In this document: positions 1 through 13,247 of the stretch, piece by piece
Layout: the number at the start of each line of letters is the position of its first letter
Position numbering within the stretch: the stretch's first letter is position 1
Assembly (NCBI RefSeq): GCF_006345805.1
Contig: NC_042997.1
Coordinates: 106,144,001-106,208,000, forward strand
Direction of reading: 5' to 3'
DNA length: 64,000 nt
Source: Octopus sinensis
Taxonomy: Eukaryota
The notes under the pieces: generated by a model
Told to the model about the DNA's origin: nothing
Database searches by the model: none
Seen by the model: only the letters and a program-made list of their open reading frames with translations
Made by a program: the position numbers and the translations under genes

Positions 1-540
1 TGGTATTTAATTTATCGACCCCGAAAGGATGAAAGGCTAAGTCGACCTCGGCGGAATTTGAACTCACAACGTAACGACAGACGAATACCGCTAAGCATTT
101 TGCCAAGCTTCCTAACGTTTCTTATTTCTTTATTACCCACAAGGAGCTACACACAGAGGGGACAAACAAGGACAGACAAACGGATTAAGTCGATTATGTC
201 GACCCCAGTGCGTAACTGGTACTTTATTTATCGATCCCGAAAGGATGAAAGGCAAAGTCGACCTCGGCGGAATTTGAACTCAGAACATAACGGCAGACGA
301 AATACCTTTTCTTTATTACCCACAAGGGGCTAAACACAGAGGGGACAAACAAGGACAGACATGGGTATTAAGTCGATTACATCGACCACAGTGTGTAAGT
401 GGTATTTAATTTATCGACTCCGAAAGGATGAAAGGCAAAGTCGACCTCGGCGGAATTTGAACTCACAACATAACAACAGACGAAATACCGCTAAGCATTT
501 CGCCCGGCGTGCTAACGTCTCTGCCAGCTTACCGCCTTAA
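1..540 (-). mobile_element. tRNA-derived SINE family A, tandem trimer
   Basis: Family A consensus: A-box ggcgagctggcagaaacgttag, B-box gagttcaaattcc, core gactttgcctttcatcctttcggggtcgataaattaagtacc (resembles the MetaSINE domain as recalled). Other copies at about 2517-2930, 5631-6030, 6641-6869, 12895-13105, 14290-14517, 17660-17870, 18450-18960, 28740-29190, 32575-32807, 35790-36090 and 54260-54408. Confidence 0.85.
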
Positions 541-569
541 AGCATACTTAATATTGTATGCACATATAT

Positions 570-614
<45 letters not shown>

Positions 615-2039
615 GTGTGTGTGTGGTGTGTGTGTGTGTATGCGTGTATGTAAGTATATGTTTGTACACACACTCATATATATATACGCCAGAAATTCCA
701 TGCGCCTCTAAAGCATTCGCAGCAGCTGTGTGTACAAGACTCATTATAGAAATAAATACGACATAAACTGAAAGTTTTACTTTTTTAAAACAATAATTAA
801 ATATGGAATGCAGTGGACAGTAAGTTTTTGGCAGAACAATTTTCTATCACATTACATTTTGGGTTAAAATTGTAATAAAAATGACTTTGTTTTCTACATT
901 TAGTATATCAGTTCCCACTTTTTTACACACCAGGCGTTCCTGGCCATTTCCCCAGATACTCTTTTAAGCCATAATGCCATTCATGTTGCCTACTTCTCTA
1001 GTCATCTAATCTGCCGTAACAGTTATACTATACACTGATGAGTACGACTAATATGATCCAAAATTGCCCAAAGTTGTTGACTGCACTGTTGAAGGTTAGA
1101 ATCACTCTCCACTTGCATTCAGTATTCAAATTAATTTTAATTAATTAAAGTTGTGGAGTTCTATCCTCTATCAATTTTTACCAAAGCTGTTTTGGTCAAT
1201 GGGTATGTAGTTTGAATTAAAATTATTTGGCTTATGTACGCTTATTTCCACTTTGAATATAGCATGGACAAGCCATGTAGCATACAAACCATCTACAATC
1301 TGAAAATTCCCTAATGAAGTAATACAACGATTTGCCCTATTAGCCTTTCTTTCAAATGTGTACCAAAACAATTTTGCCATACTTTCTCTAGCCATGCACG
1401 CAGATACATTCACAGTCACATCTTCCGATCAAATACAGCTGCACAACTTCATCCTTACATTAACCACATAGAAACGTGGCTCTGTGTAACACCTGCCAAA
1501 TCCATTATCTCAATTGTTACGGCCATAACACTAAACAATATAAAGATACGTCTAAAATATACGCAGCAGATGTAGAAGACACATGAAAGAAAGTAAAATA
1601 ACATATAAATATATTTAAAGTAATCAAAAGCCGCCATATTTTAACAACTAAAAATGACATTACAATCTATATATACTATACAGAATCTCTACAAAACTAC
1701 ACAAACCTGTTAATAGGAGTAGTTCTGATAGAAAAACAAAGTGATAAAATGGATACAGTTTATACATTATTCACAAACAAATATAAACACCAGAATGATT
1801 AAGCATAAATCTAACAGTCAAAAATTCATTATGTGGCTGTACAAGATGCATTCCAGACGTTTTGAGACTTTTTTTTAGGAGAGGCCTATATCATTACTAT
1901 ATATCTAACTTGACAACTTTCTATTCCAGATTGAAGGAGACGGTTGTAACAGAACTTTAAATACACGCTACTAAACACTGCTTGTTACAGCTGACCTGTT
2001 TGCAGAATGCGGTCTGTACGTGAAGACAATTTGGCATCT

Positions 2040-2400
2040 CGCTATTCAATAAAGTTTTGTGTTAAACTGGGCAAAAACACCACAGAAGCTTATGAAATGC
2101 TCCAGACTGCTTATGGGTTAACTTCTATGAGTCGAGCATCTATGTTTCACTGATACAAGCGGCCAGGCAAAGTAAGTCCACCGGAAAGCTCATCATGATC
2201 GCATTATCTATAGCGAGGGTATCATCTACATCCCTTAGGTTCACTCTGGCCAGATGTTCAACAAAGTGTACTTTGTGAGGGTCATGAAGGAGTTCGGGAA
2301 CAGTGCAAAAGTCCAAAGCATCTACTCCAAGACAATGTACCAATCAACAATTCCATCCTGATAACCAACTACTTGGCAGTGATCTCGACACCTTCATTTT
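2040..2400 (+). mobile_element. Internally deleted mariner transposase relic
   Basis: RYSIKFCVKLGKNTTEAYEMLQTAYG..SRAS.FH*YKR; RQSKSTGKLIMI; FHPDN. Confidence 0.8.
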
Positions 2401-3348
2401 GGTGGACTTCCAGGAAGTGCCTGGAGTACCACAACATGTGATACTGAAGTCAGAAGATCCTATTTGCAAGGAGATTAGAGTTTTGTACTTTTTCGATAGC
2501 AATAAAATGTCTGTCCTAAGGCGGAAGCTGGCAGAAACGTTAGCACGCCGGGCGAAATGCGTAGCCGTATTTCATCTTCCGTTACGTTCTGAGTTCAAAT
2601 TCCGCCGAGGTCGACTTTGCCTTTCATCCTTTCGGGGTCGATAAATTAAGTACCAGTTACGCACTGGGGTCGATATAATCGACTTAATCCGTTTGTCTGT
2701 CCTTGTTTGTCCCCTCTATGTTTAGCCCCTTGTGGACAGTAAAGAAATAAGAAACGTTAGCACGCCAAGCAAAATGCTTAGCGACATTTCACCAGTTTTT
2801 ACATTCTGAGTTCAAATTCCGCTGAGGTCAACTTTGCCTTTCATTCTTTCAGAGTCTATAAAATCAGTACCAGTTGAGCAATGGGGACGATATAATTGAC
2901 GTACCCACCTGCTCCGAGCTTGTTAGCCTTGTACCAAAAATTTAAACCAATAAATGTTTCGCCTGAAAAAGTCTCCATACTTCTGGAATATACTTTATAT
3001 ATATATCAACCACATTGGCACTGCCTACTATATAGATGCAATAGCGCACCCTAATATTATTTCGGCAACAAAAGAGGATTATGAAAGTATAGAAATTTTG
3101 ATAATGGATTTAATGGATTTAGGAACTTTGGTGTTTTAAATAAACTCTGAGGTACTCAGGAAATATGAAAAAAGAAAACAGAAGAAAGAAACTTCATAAT
3201 GAGCATAATGGAACTAGAACACAATCGTGTTTTCACTGCAAGTCTACTAAAAGAAAAGCTGTTTCGCATATATAAATCTATACACAAACACATGCGTGCG
3301 CACACGGACACACTCAGCTATACACATGCTTACTTATACATAAAAAGG

Positions 3349-3439
<91 letters not shown>

Positions 3440-3833
3440 GAAGAAAAAAAGAAAGAAAGAAAGAAAGATTGCTTGATAGAGAGAGAGAGAGTGAGATTGA
3501 TAGGTATTACGTATGTATATGTAAAAATGCATATAGAAGTAATGTGTCCGTGTGTGTGTGTGTGTACTTTTGTGCCTATGTTTGCTTTGATAAATAAGTT
3601 GATTCATGCGCACTTGTGTAGTTGATTGATTATATAATACTGTTCCTTTTATATTCATAGATAAACCCTACAATTACGCACACATATACAAACATAAACA
3701 CACACACGTACATACATACATACATATATATATATTAATATATATATATACATATACACGTACAATATGTATGCATGTATGTATATTGCAAAAAGGTGAT
3801 TTAATATGCATTCATACACACACACAAATACAA

Positions 3834-3952
<119 letters not shown>

Positions 3953-5317
3953 ATATATATTCACCTTATTGCAATAGAAAAACGCTTCGATTACCTAAAA
4001 TAAATATACATACACTCAATGACTTGACAGTAAAGCAATATTGAGGAAATAAATCTATTCTGTGAGTTGACTAACCTAACGGCTTTGCAGTTTTTCATGA
4101 CTGAAAGTCCAATGAAAAAAAATAGCTCCTAAACAAACATACGCTTGGAAAATAATATAAAAAAATAACTGACTGCAATATAGCAAACACAGTCCATATA
4201 TATATGCTTTGGTGCTATGACAAACAATATCCTTGCCATTTGTTCCAAGGTTTTCCATCATTCCTGTCATCATTTACTCAATGCTTTGAACCATGGATAT
4301 GTAAACACAATTCATTATTTTATCATTTGATTAACGGCAAAGGGGAAAATATCTGTAATCAATATATTGTATAAATATTGAATGGTGTCTGGTAAGTAGC
4401 ATGCCGCAATATAAATCGTACGATGTCAAGCTCGAGTCCTCTGATACTACGGAATAAATATTTAATATTCATGGAATCTGTGTGATTAACCTGTGATCGA
4501 TCCCAGTTAGGCTTATTTAACTATCTACTTATAAGCTTTGAATAGAGTGAATGGGATCTGGTACGAATTTAAGGGCTGATTTAAGCGTTGATTGAAGGTA
4601 AAGTAAATATATTATTGAATATAGTGTTGCAGTGATTCCAAATGGGATCTGGTCGAATTAAAGGGCTTCTCTGTGAAGGGCTTAAATCCTAATTACCCGA
4701 TTATCGCAGTTAGGTCAGGGATTTGATCACAGGCTGATGAGACCTATTGCTAGTACCATGTAAGCCTATACTGCCTCTTTCATGGTCGGGTGGTCTGCGC
4801 CTAAACTGGCTCCACCACTTGAATAGCTTGATACTCTTATGAAGAAGGTGTCTGGACACCTAACAGAACTAAAAACAAGACATGTCGTCGTGCGGATGAG
4901 CTCCCTGAGGGCCAACAACCATGTAGTTGGGGAGAGCAATGGCAAACCACCCCAATGTTTCTATCAAGAAAACGCTATGAAAAAGTTAGAACGAAGTAAC
5001 TCTATGCCTCGCGCTTGAGCAGAAGACTTTTGTTGTAATGATATCGATGCGCTGCAAAAACGTATGATCCATGATGACAATGACAATATACTCTGATAGT
5101 TCTCAGCTAAGCAAGGACATAGTCTACTGGAAAAATAGATCCGTGGATTGGTTCATAATTAGACTTTCGCCGACAGCCTGTATATAATGGCTCTGCATGA
5201 CCATGGTTTATATGAAGTTACACATCTACAAGAAAAAGATTCTCAATCTGAAGTTAATCTGAGACGAACTGAATTTCCGAGATTTCCGAGAATACAAAAA
5301 CTCACCACTGTACGAGT

Positions 5318-5361
<44 letters not shown>

Positions 5362-6491
5362 GCGCTGGTTGTTCATCTTGAAACTGGGTGGGCGAGAGCA
5401 ACGTGAAATGAATGGTTTTGCGCAAGGTTACTGCACGCCGCCCGGTTCGAGTATCGAAAGCATGATCGTTAGATCGGGAGTCCAGCAATCTAAACATTAG
5501 GCTGTACACTTTCATAGGAAGAGCTGAGAGGCAAAGTCAGTATTACTAAGATTTGATTGCAGAATGTAGAGGGACAGGATTAAATACCGTAAAAAGATCT
5601 TATCTTGTCGTTCTAATATTTTAATTACAAGGTGGCGAGCTGGCAGAAACGTTAGCACGCCGGGCGAAATGCTTAGCGTATTTCGTCTTCCGCTACATTC
5701 TGAGTTCAAATTTCGCCGAGGTCGACTTTGCCTTTCATCCTTTCGGTGTCAATTAAATAAGTACCAGTTACGCACTGGGGTCGATATAATCGACTTAATC
5801 CATTTCTCTGTCTTTGTTTGTCCCCTCTGTGTTTAGCCCCTTGTGGGTAGTAAAGAAATAGGTATCTTATCTGTCTTTACGTACTGAGTTCAAATTCCGC
5901 CGAAGTCGACTTTGTCTTTTCGGGGTCGATAAATTAAGTACCAGTTGCGTACTGCGGTCGATCTAATTGACTGGACCCCCTCCCCAAATATTTCAGGCCT
6001 TGTGCCTAGTGTAGAAAAGAATAATTAATTTCATACACATCATACTGATTTACAAAAAAATAAATAACTAGGTACATTTAGACAAAAATTAGGTACTCAA
6101 ACACACAAACATACATAAAAAGAACCTCGACCATTCATCTGCATCCCTGTGTACATATGCATACACTCACTTTTAACTTGAAGCTTTAGTTTTTATAAGT
6201 TTCAGTCATTGGACTGCAGCCATAGTTTAACACTGCCGTGAATGGGTTGTTATTTTTCTTTCTTTAGCCGAACAAAATATTCCCAGTACTTATTTTAAAG
6301 TCCGGCACCTATTTGTCCTCTACCTTTGCCGAACCACTAAGTTACAGGGACGTAAACAACTCAAATGTACACACGCTTTGATTTTTTTTTTCTACTTTTG
6401 TTTATTTTTAGGGAAAAAAAACAGCGAAGTTTCGAAATATAAACAAGCAGATGCACAAACACAAATACATTCAGACATATGCTTGCACTCA

Positions 6492-6538
<47 letters not shown>

Positions 6539-6539
6539 T

Positions 6540-6598
<59 letters not shown>

Positions 6599-7225
6599 AT
6601 GCGTGTGTGTGTGTATCTATACATATATATGTATATATGCGGCGAGCTGGCAGAAACGTTTTGCACGCTGAGCGAAATGCTTAGCGGTATTTTGTCGGCC
6701 GTTACGTTCTGAGTTCAAATTCCGCCGAGGTCGACTTTGCCTTTCATCCTTTCGGGGTCGATAAATAAAGTACCAGTTACGCACTGGGGTCGATGTAATC
6801 GACTTAATCCCTTTGTCTGTCCTTGTTTGTCCCCTCTGTGTTTAGCCCCTTGTGGGCAATAAAGAAATATATATGCAAATATATATGTGTGTGTATGTAT
6901 ACATGTATATGCGTGTGTGCATATATCTATGTTATTCTATGTATGTGTGTGTGTGTGTGTGTGCGTGTGTGTGTACACACGTGCGCGCACACACAAGGAA
7001 GAAAAAAAAGATATATTGACAATGTTCAATGGAAGCAGCATTCGTAGAAAAACAACGCCAAAACAAGCCTCACGAAGGAAAGTTCGTCTGAAGCAGTTTC
7101 GACATCTTGAGTCGATTTCCAAAGGAAGTAGCTCGTTGAATGCGCTGTTTGTTATTGTTGTTGTCGTCATCGCAACAAAATGGTGACGGAGCAGGAGTTA
7201 CTCATGTAGATTTCTATGGTTTCTC

Positions 7226-7264
<39 letters not shown>

Positions 7265-7689
7265 TATATATATATAATATATATATATATATATTATATA
7301 TATATATATATGTATGTATGTATATATGTATATATATATTATGATCTTTGAAAAAACACTTGCCAACCGTAGACCGACTCAGATTCTGTGTTTTTTCTAT
7401 TAGACCATTCCCTAAATATATCTCTGTTTTCAAAATTGATTTCACCCTAATTGGTTTTACTAGTATCCTTTCGTCTAATTTAGCGTTAAAGCCATCCGTT
7501 GCCACCATTTTTATATCACATCTTGTTTCATTCATTTCACACTGTTATTTTTTTAAGGATTTATTTAGTTATTATTTATTCATTTGCTTTATTTATTTTA
7601 CTTTTTTTTTTGTAAAACACGTCCTTCTTAATGCAACTGGTGGGTTTATGACTAACATTAAAAGTACGGCAACACACGAATGCGTGATA

Positions 7690-7699
7690 CATATATATA

Positions 7700-7772
<73 letters not shown>

Positions 7773-8520
7773 GTATGTATATATATAATATATATGTATG
7801 TATATATGTATATAAATGCATATATAAGTATATATATATATATATATGTAGCTATGTATATATATATATGTACCTACATATATATACATATATATATACT
7901 TATATATACATTTATATACATATATACATACATATATATACATATACATATATAGCTACATATATATACATATATACGTACATATATATACATGTATATA
8001 CTTACATATATATACATATAGTTATATATATTCACTTATGTATATATGCATATAGTTACGTATACATATAGTTATATATATATAGTTGCATATACATATA
8101 CTTATATATGTATGTATATATATACTTATATATATATATACTTATATACATATATATATATACTTACATATATACTTATATATATATATATGCATATATA
8201 AATATATATACTTATATATGTATATACACACACACATAAGTGCATACACACACACATATATATATAAGACGGTTTTGTACATAGATAATATAAACAGACA
8301 AGCACATACATACGTAAATGAAGACTGAAACACGAGACCATATACACATACACTACACTTCACATAAGGACACATATGGAGACACACAACCATACCTACA
8401 GACACACTCAGACATGCACACACACACAAGAAGGCAGAGGTACACACACATATAAAAACACACAAACACGAAGACAGAAATGCATGAATAGGCAGAATAC
8501 ATACATACAAATGTACACAC

Positions 8521-8559
<39 letters not shown>

Positions 8560-8677
8560 CGCACACGAACACACATACATGAATGTACATACTTACATGC
8601 ATGCATACATACATACATACATACATACATACATACATACATACATACATACATACATACATACATACATACATACA

Positions 8678-8709
<32 letters not shown>

Positions 8710-8720
8710 AGTGTATGCGT
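7690..8720. repeat. Compound (AT)n/(ATAC)n/(CA)n microsatellite field; similar fields at 3715-3960, 21300-21830, 22740-23330, 25550-26060, 34850-35080 and 38470-38875
   Basis: Direct reading. Confidence 0.95.
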
Positions 8721-9469
8721 ACACACACTGACCCACACATATGCGCACAAACAAACAAAAAGACCGCAGCTCTGATAACGGACAGATTCAACCACTATGG
8801 AAAAAGTTCCATAACGCAACGGAAATTTTAGGAAAATAAGTAAATGAGTGGGAACTTTACTGGTGAGTGTTATAAATAATAACGCACTAAAGAGAATGAC
8901 TCTCCCCAAACACAACAATATATATATATATCAGCCGAAATTGCGAGGATGATCCGGTTCTTGACTGAAGATTAAAGTCTTCGAATGACCCGTCCGTGTT
9001 TTTTGTATCGTCTGTCTGGATGTTTTGCGTTCTTGTCCCATTTTGTATTATATAAATATTCGTAGTTCTGTCGTTTATGTTGATAAAGGAAATGAATCTT
9101 TGATTCTAATCCAGAAACATGCGTCCATAATTGACCGTGGATTGTTTGATTTCGTTATTTTACTTCTTTTTTTGCCATATAGTGAGTTACAAATGCTGTT
9201 GTTGTGGGAACATATTTTTGTAGTAAAAGAAATAACAGTCCTCTGGCTGCTATTTCTAATACTTTCGGTATGTGGTCTAGCAACTTGTTGCAAATGCCCT
9301 CATTGTTATATTATATATATATATATATATATTACTCTTTTACACTTTTACTAGTTTCAACCATGCCGCTGTGGTCATGCTGGAGCACTACCATGGTCTT
9401 TCTGACTTCCTCAGTCTGACTATTTCACATCACTACTTCTGTATGTGCCTTTTTCCCAGCTGTTGTTAC

Positions 9470-10160
9470 ATTTGGTGTATAATTGAGTTTGATTCCGTTT
9501 CCCTCGTCTGTACCTCATGTGGGGCTGTTGGTTTATCTGGCATTGTGGAGAGGAGGATGTCTAGTTCCTTTCTGAAGACATCTACTTCCACTTTGTGCAA
9601 ATCTCTTAGTTTTTGTGGCTAGGTATTGAAGAGCTGTGGGCCTTTGAACCCTAGACTATTGCAATACCTGGTCCTGAATTTAGATGGAGTGGACGATAAC
9701 TTTGGTACAATACAATGGCGGCCAGTTCTGGCATTTGTATAATGCCAAAGTTAGGTACTAGCCCTTCTAGGATTTTCCATATGTATATTGTTGCATATCT
9801 ATCACGCCTTCGCTCCAGGGAGTAAAGCTGTAGTTTTCTCAGCCTATCCCTGTAGCTCATCCACTGCACTGTTTCAATCCTTTTAGTGTAGTGGCGTTGG
9901 ACTGCTTGAAGCTCCGCTGTTAGTTTGGCACTATGTGGTGACTATAACTGGGAACAGCAGTCCAGGCAGTTGAGAGCAAAGGTTCTCCATAGAGTTAACA
10001 TAATTTCTTGGTCTCTTGTTTTGACGGATCTCCTGCCAGTTGTCTGCACTTTGCTGCCATCTTGCTTAATTGCATATAAAATGATGTGTCATTGCACATG
10101 CTGATCCCCAAGTCTCTCACTGCCTGTGACTCTGGGATTGTAGTGCCTTCGGGTCCTGTA
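9470..10160 (-). mobile_element. CR1/Jockey-group LINE 3' fragment
   Basis: VRDLGISM..CSQL.SPH..ELQAVQRHYTKRI..SYRDRLRKLQLYSLERRRDRY..IWKILEGLVPNFG..GPQLFN..FRKELD. Confidence 0.88.
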
Positions 10161-10270
10161 AATGAAACAGCTGGTTGACCATTCAGATGTCAGCGTGATA
10201 TACTTTGACTTTGCAAAGGCATTTGATAAGTTAGATCATGGTATGATAAGTCATAAGATACGAGAACCTA
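10161..10270 (+). mobile_element. Inverted RT-core fragment of the same LINE class
   Basis: MKQLVDHSDVSVIYFDFAKAFDKLDHGMISHKIRE. Confidence 0.8.
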
Positions 10271-10510
10271 GGAGAGCATTTTCATAATTATATGAGACTC
10301 TTCTAGGCATAAAAGACAAGTTCTAAGAAGGGGCAGAAGAAACAATATTCCAAGAAATTGAGAAATTTATGTTGTCTCTTTTAAGTTGCCAAACCGTTTT
10401 GGATAAACTAGTACTACTTTCTTTCCGAGGATTATTAAAAGATGATTTATGATTATTCAAACGTAATTTAAGAGGGGTCTGCGTGCAACCTATGTAATAA
10501 AACCTAGAGA
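10262..10510 (-). mobile_element. PLE GIY-YIG endonuclease fragment
   Basis: YYIGCTQTPLKLRLNNHKSSF...STSLSKTVWQLK...ISWNIV. Confidence 0.75.
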
Positions 10511-10980
10511 GATCATGTAGCTTTATATACAACATTTTTCATTTTACAATTACCTTTAACCTCACAGGTGTTAAGGTTTCCTCCATGTTGGTCCTTGGAA
10601 TGTTGGTAGAGTAAGGAGGACTGTTTTTTGTCGTCATATTGTCTCAAATGTTCATTTAGTCGTTCCTCAATGCTCCTAGATGTCTCCTCTTTGTATGTCA
10701 TTTTCATTTCTCTACAAGCATCTTTTATGCATCTTATGCTGTAAACTACATTTCTGGTTCTACAGTTAATGCCAGGGCCATTTCTACATACCATGCAGTC
10801 ATCATTGGAGCGTATGGTATTCTCAAAGGGGTGCGTCCTAGATAGATGTGATCTGACGGAGTTCCCTGCCTTTTCAACAATCTTAATGTTGAGTTTGGTC
10901 TCCTTCAGAGCTTTCCTAAATCTACGGGCTAGTTCTCTATGGCCTCTACAAACATCACTCATTGATATTAAATAGTGTAC
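10511..10980 (-). mobile_element. PLE linker + GIY-YIG fragment (second family)
   Basis: KIVEKAGNSVRSHL..CMVC..NCRTRNVVYSIRC..C..Y.EETSRSIEERLNEH. Confidence 0.8.
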
Positions 10981-11234
10981 ATTTAAACACCAGAGAAAAC
11001 TACCTTCAACAGACGGCAGAGGAAGAAAGTACTAAGAATGATGAACAGTAAAGAGATGAAAAAGTCGTAAGTGCTTCGGTGGAGGATGTACGAAGCCAGC
11101 AATCCCCGAAGAGCAAAGGGCATTATTGTAGCGATAGAAAGGACAGAGGGAAGAGACAGCATATCTGTGGGCCAAATGCTGGCGCCTTTAGTGACATATT
11201 TCTGTGTTTGTTTGTGTATACATAATATATATAT

Positions 11235-11266
<32 letters not shown>

Positions 11267-11529
11267 CGTTTAAATATTTGTTGTGCAAGATTTTTTATGT
11301 GAAAATACAAAATGGCTGACGGTTAGTAAGGAGAGACACAAATAAGAAAGAAGAAAACAAAGGACCACTGATGCGGTCACAGGAGTGTGAGAAAGAACTC
11401 TGGCCGAAATAAGATTAAGATTAATGTAAAAAATAAATAACACTGAAGCAAAATAACACCAAATATATAGTGCGTGTGTTTTTATTGGCTAAACTGGCAA
11501 TATGATCATTCCGAAATATAACTATATAT

Positions 11530-11645
<116 letters not shown>

Positions 11646-12608
11646 ATAGGTATGTATGTAATGTATGTATGTATATATGCAAGGTATATATGTAGTTACA
11701 TTCATTCATGTGTGTGTGTGGGTCTAAAAAAAAATCAAAGGTTTTTCCGAACCATAGGCTCATAAGACTGGTTTCCTGGACTCTGTGGTATTTGCATTAC
11801 CCCTCGCTTGGACGGAATGCTGATCCGTTGCCGAATTGCTCTTCGTTACCCTCTGAGTAATGCGAAATGAAGTGTTTTGACTGGCCCAGAAAGCGTAGTT
11901 ACAATCTTACAATCATGGATGCAACACACTAACCATTAAACCACAAGCTTTCTACATAATCATGTGTGTGTGTGTGTATGTCTGTGTGTACGCAAACACA
12001 TATACATATTTGTATGTGAGAGATAGAGAGACAGACAGACAGACAGAGACAGAAAAGAAAGAGAAACAGAGACAGAGAAGGAGAGAGAGAGACAGACATG
12101 AATATATTTTTATCCCTTATACAGAGGAGGAAAGACAAAAACTATGAGCCTTTTTCTATATTTTCTTTTAGTGCGAAGACTGATAAGGCAGAGAAGTTCT
12201 ATTTGAATTTTCTAGTCAGTAATGGTTCCAAACAACATGTCATACAGAGGTGTTGGAACAATGTGCTTCCTGAACAGCACACTGAAATACAACGGTCAAC
12301 GAAGAGAACATGAAGTATTTTGTGCTTCCATCAATGATATGGAACTTGTATTCCACTGGATTTTGACATAATACGGAATTGTGTTGGCTCAGTATAAAGT
12401 TTAACTCTGCTGCTATAATCAACGTGATTAGACAAAGGTCATCATATTTCCGATTCCACGTCATAGTGATACTAAACACAGAAAACGTAATTGTGTTTTA
12501 AACTTTAAAAAGCATAGACGTGTTTCAGTAAACAGATTGTCATTATTTCGCAATTTAGCAAATTGCTTTTTTCTGAATAATGACAATATTTCAGTGTTTA
12601 TTATTACT

Positions 12609-12609
<1 letters not shown>

Positions 12610-12692
<83 letters not shown>

Positions 12693-12890
12693 GTAGGTAG
12701 GTAGGTAGGTAGGTAGGTAGATAGGTAGGTAGGTAGGTAGGTAGATAGGTAGGTAGGTAGGTATGTAGGTAGGTAGGTAGGTAGGTAGGTAGGTAGGTGG
12801 GTAGGTAGGTAGGCTAGGTAGGTAGGTAGGTAGGTAGGTAGGTAGGTAGGTAGGTAGGTGGATGGGTAGGTAGGTAGGAAGGTAAGTAGG
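12610..12890. repeat. (ATAG)n grading into (GTAG)n; other (ATAG)n at 3350-3420, 13140-13245, 40330-40610 and 42230-42380
   Basis: Direct reading. Confidence 0.95.
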
Positions 12891-13144
12891 TAGATAGGCG
12901 ATCAGGTGAACTAGCAGATTCGTTAGCAAGCCGGACAAAATGCTTCGCATTAACGGTTTTAAGTTTGAGTTGAAATTCTGCCGAGATTGACTTTGCCTTT
13001 CATTCTTTGGAGCTCGATAAAGTATCAATGGAACACTGGGGTCGATCTAATCCACTAGTTCCCTCCCCTAATGTTCCATTGCTTGTGCCTATAGTAGAAA
13101 GATTTATTACTATATGTGTATAGATAGGTAGGTGGATATGAATG

Positions 13145-13247
<103 letters not shown>

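Noticed and set aside
760-1540. Selenoprotein gene
   Set aside because: No canonical CxxU context and no SECIS stem by eye.
7227-7788. Overlapping plus (146 aa) and minus (102 aa) ORFs
   Set aside because: Openness is explained by base bias; the minus acceptor is purine-rich and no motif is recognised.
8930-9000. Hammerhead in the CTGAAGA..CGAATGACCCGTC family (also 25650-25720)
   Set aside because: GAAT instead of GAAA and no stem I partner in either copy.
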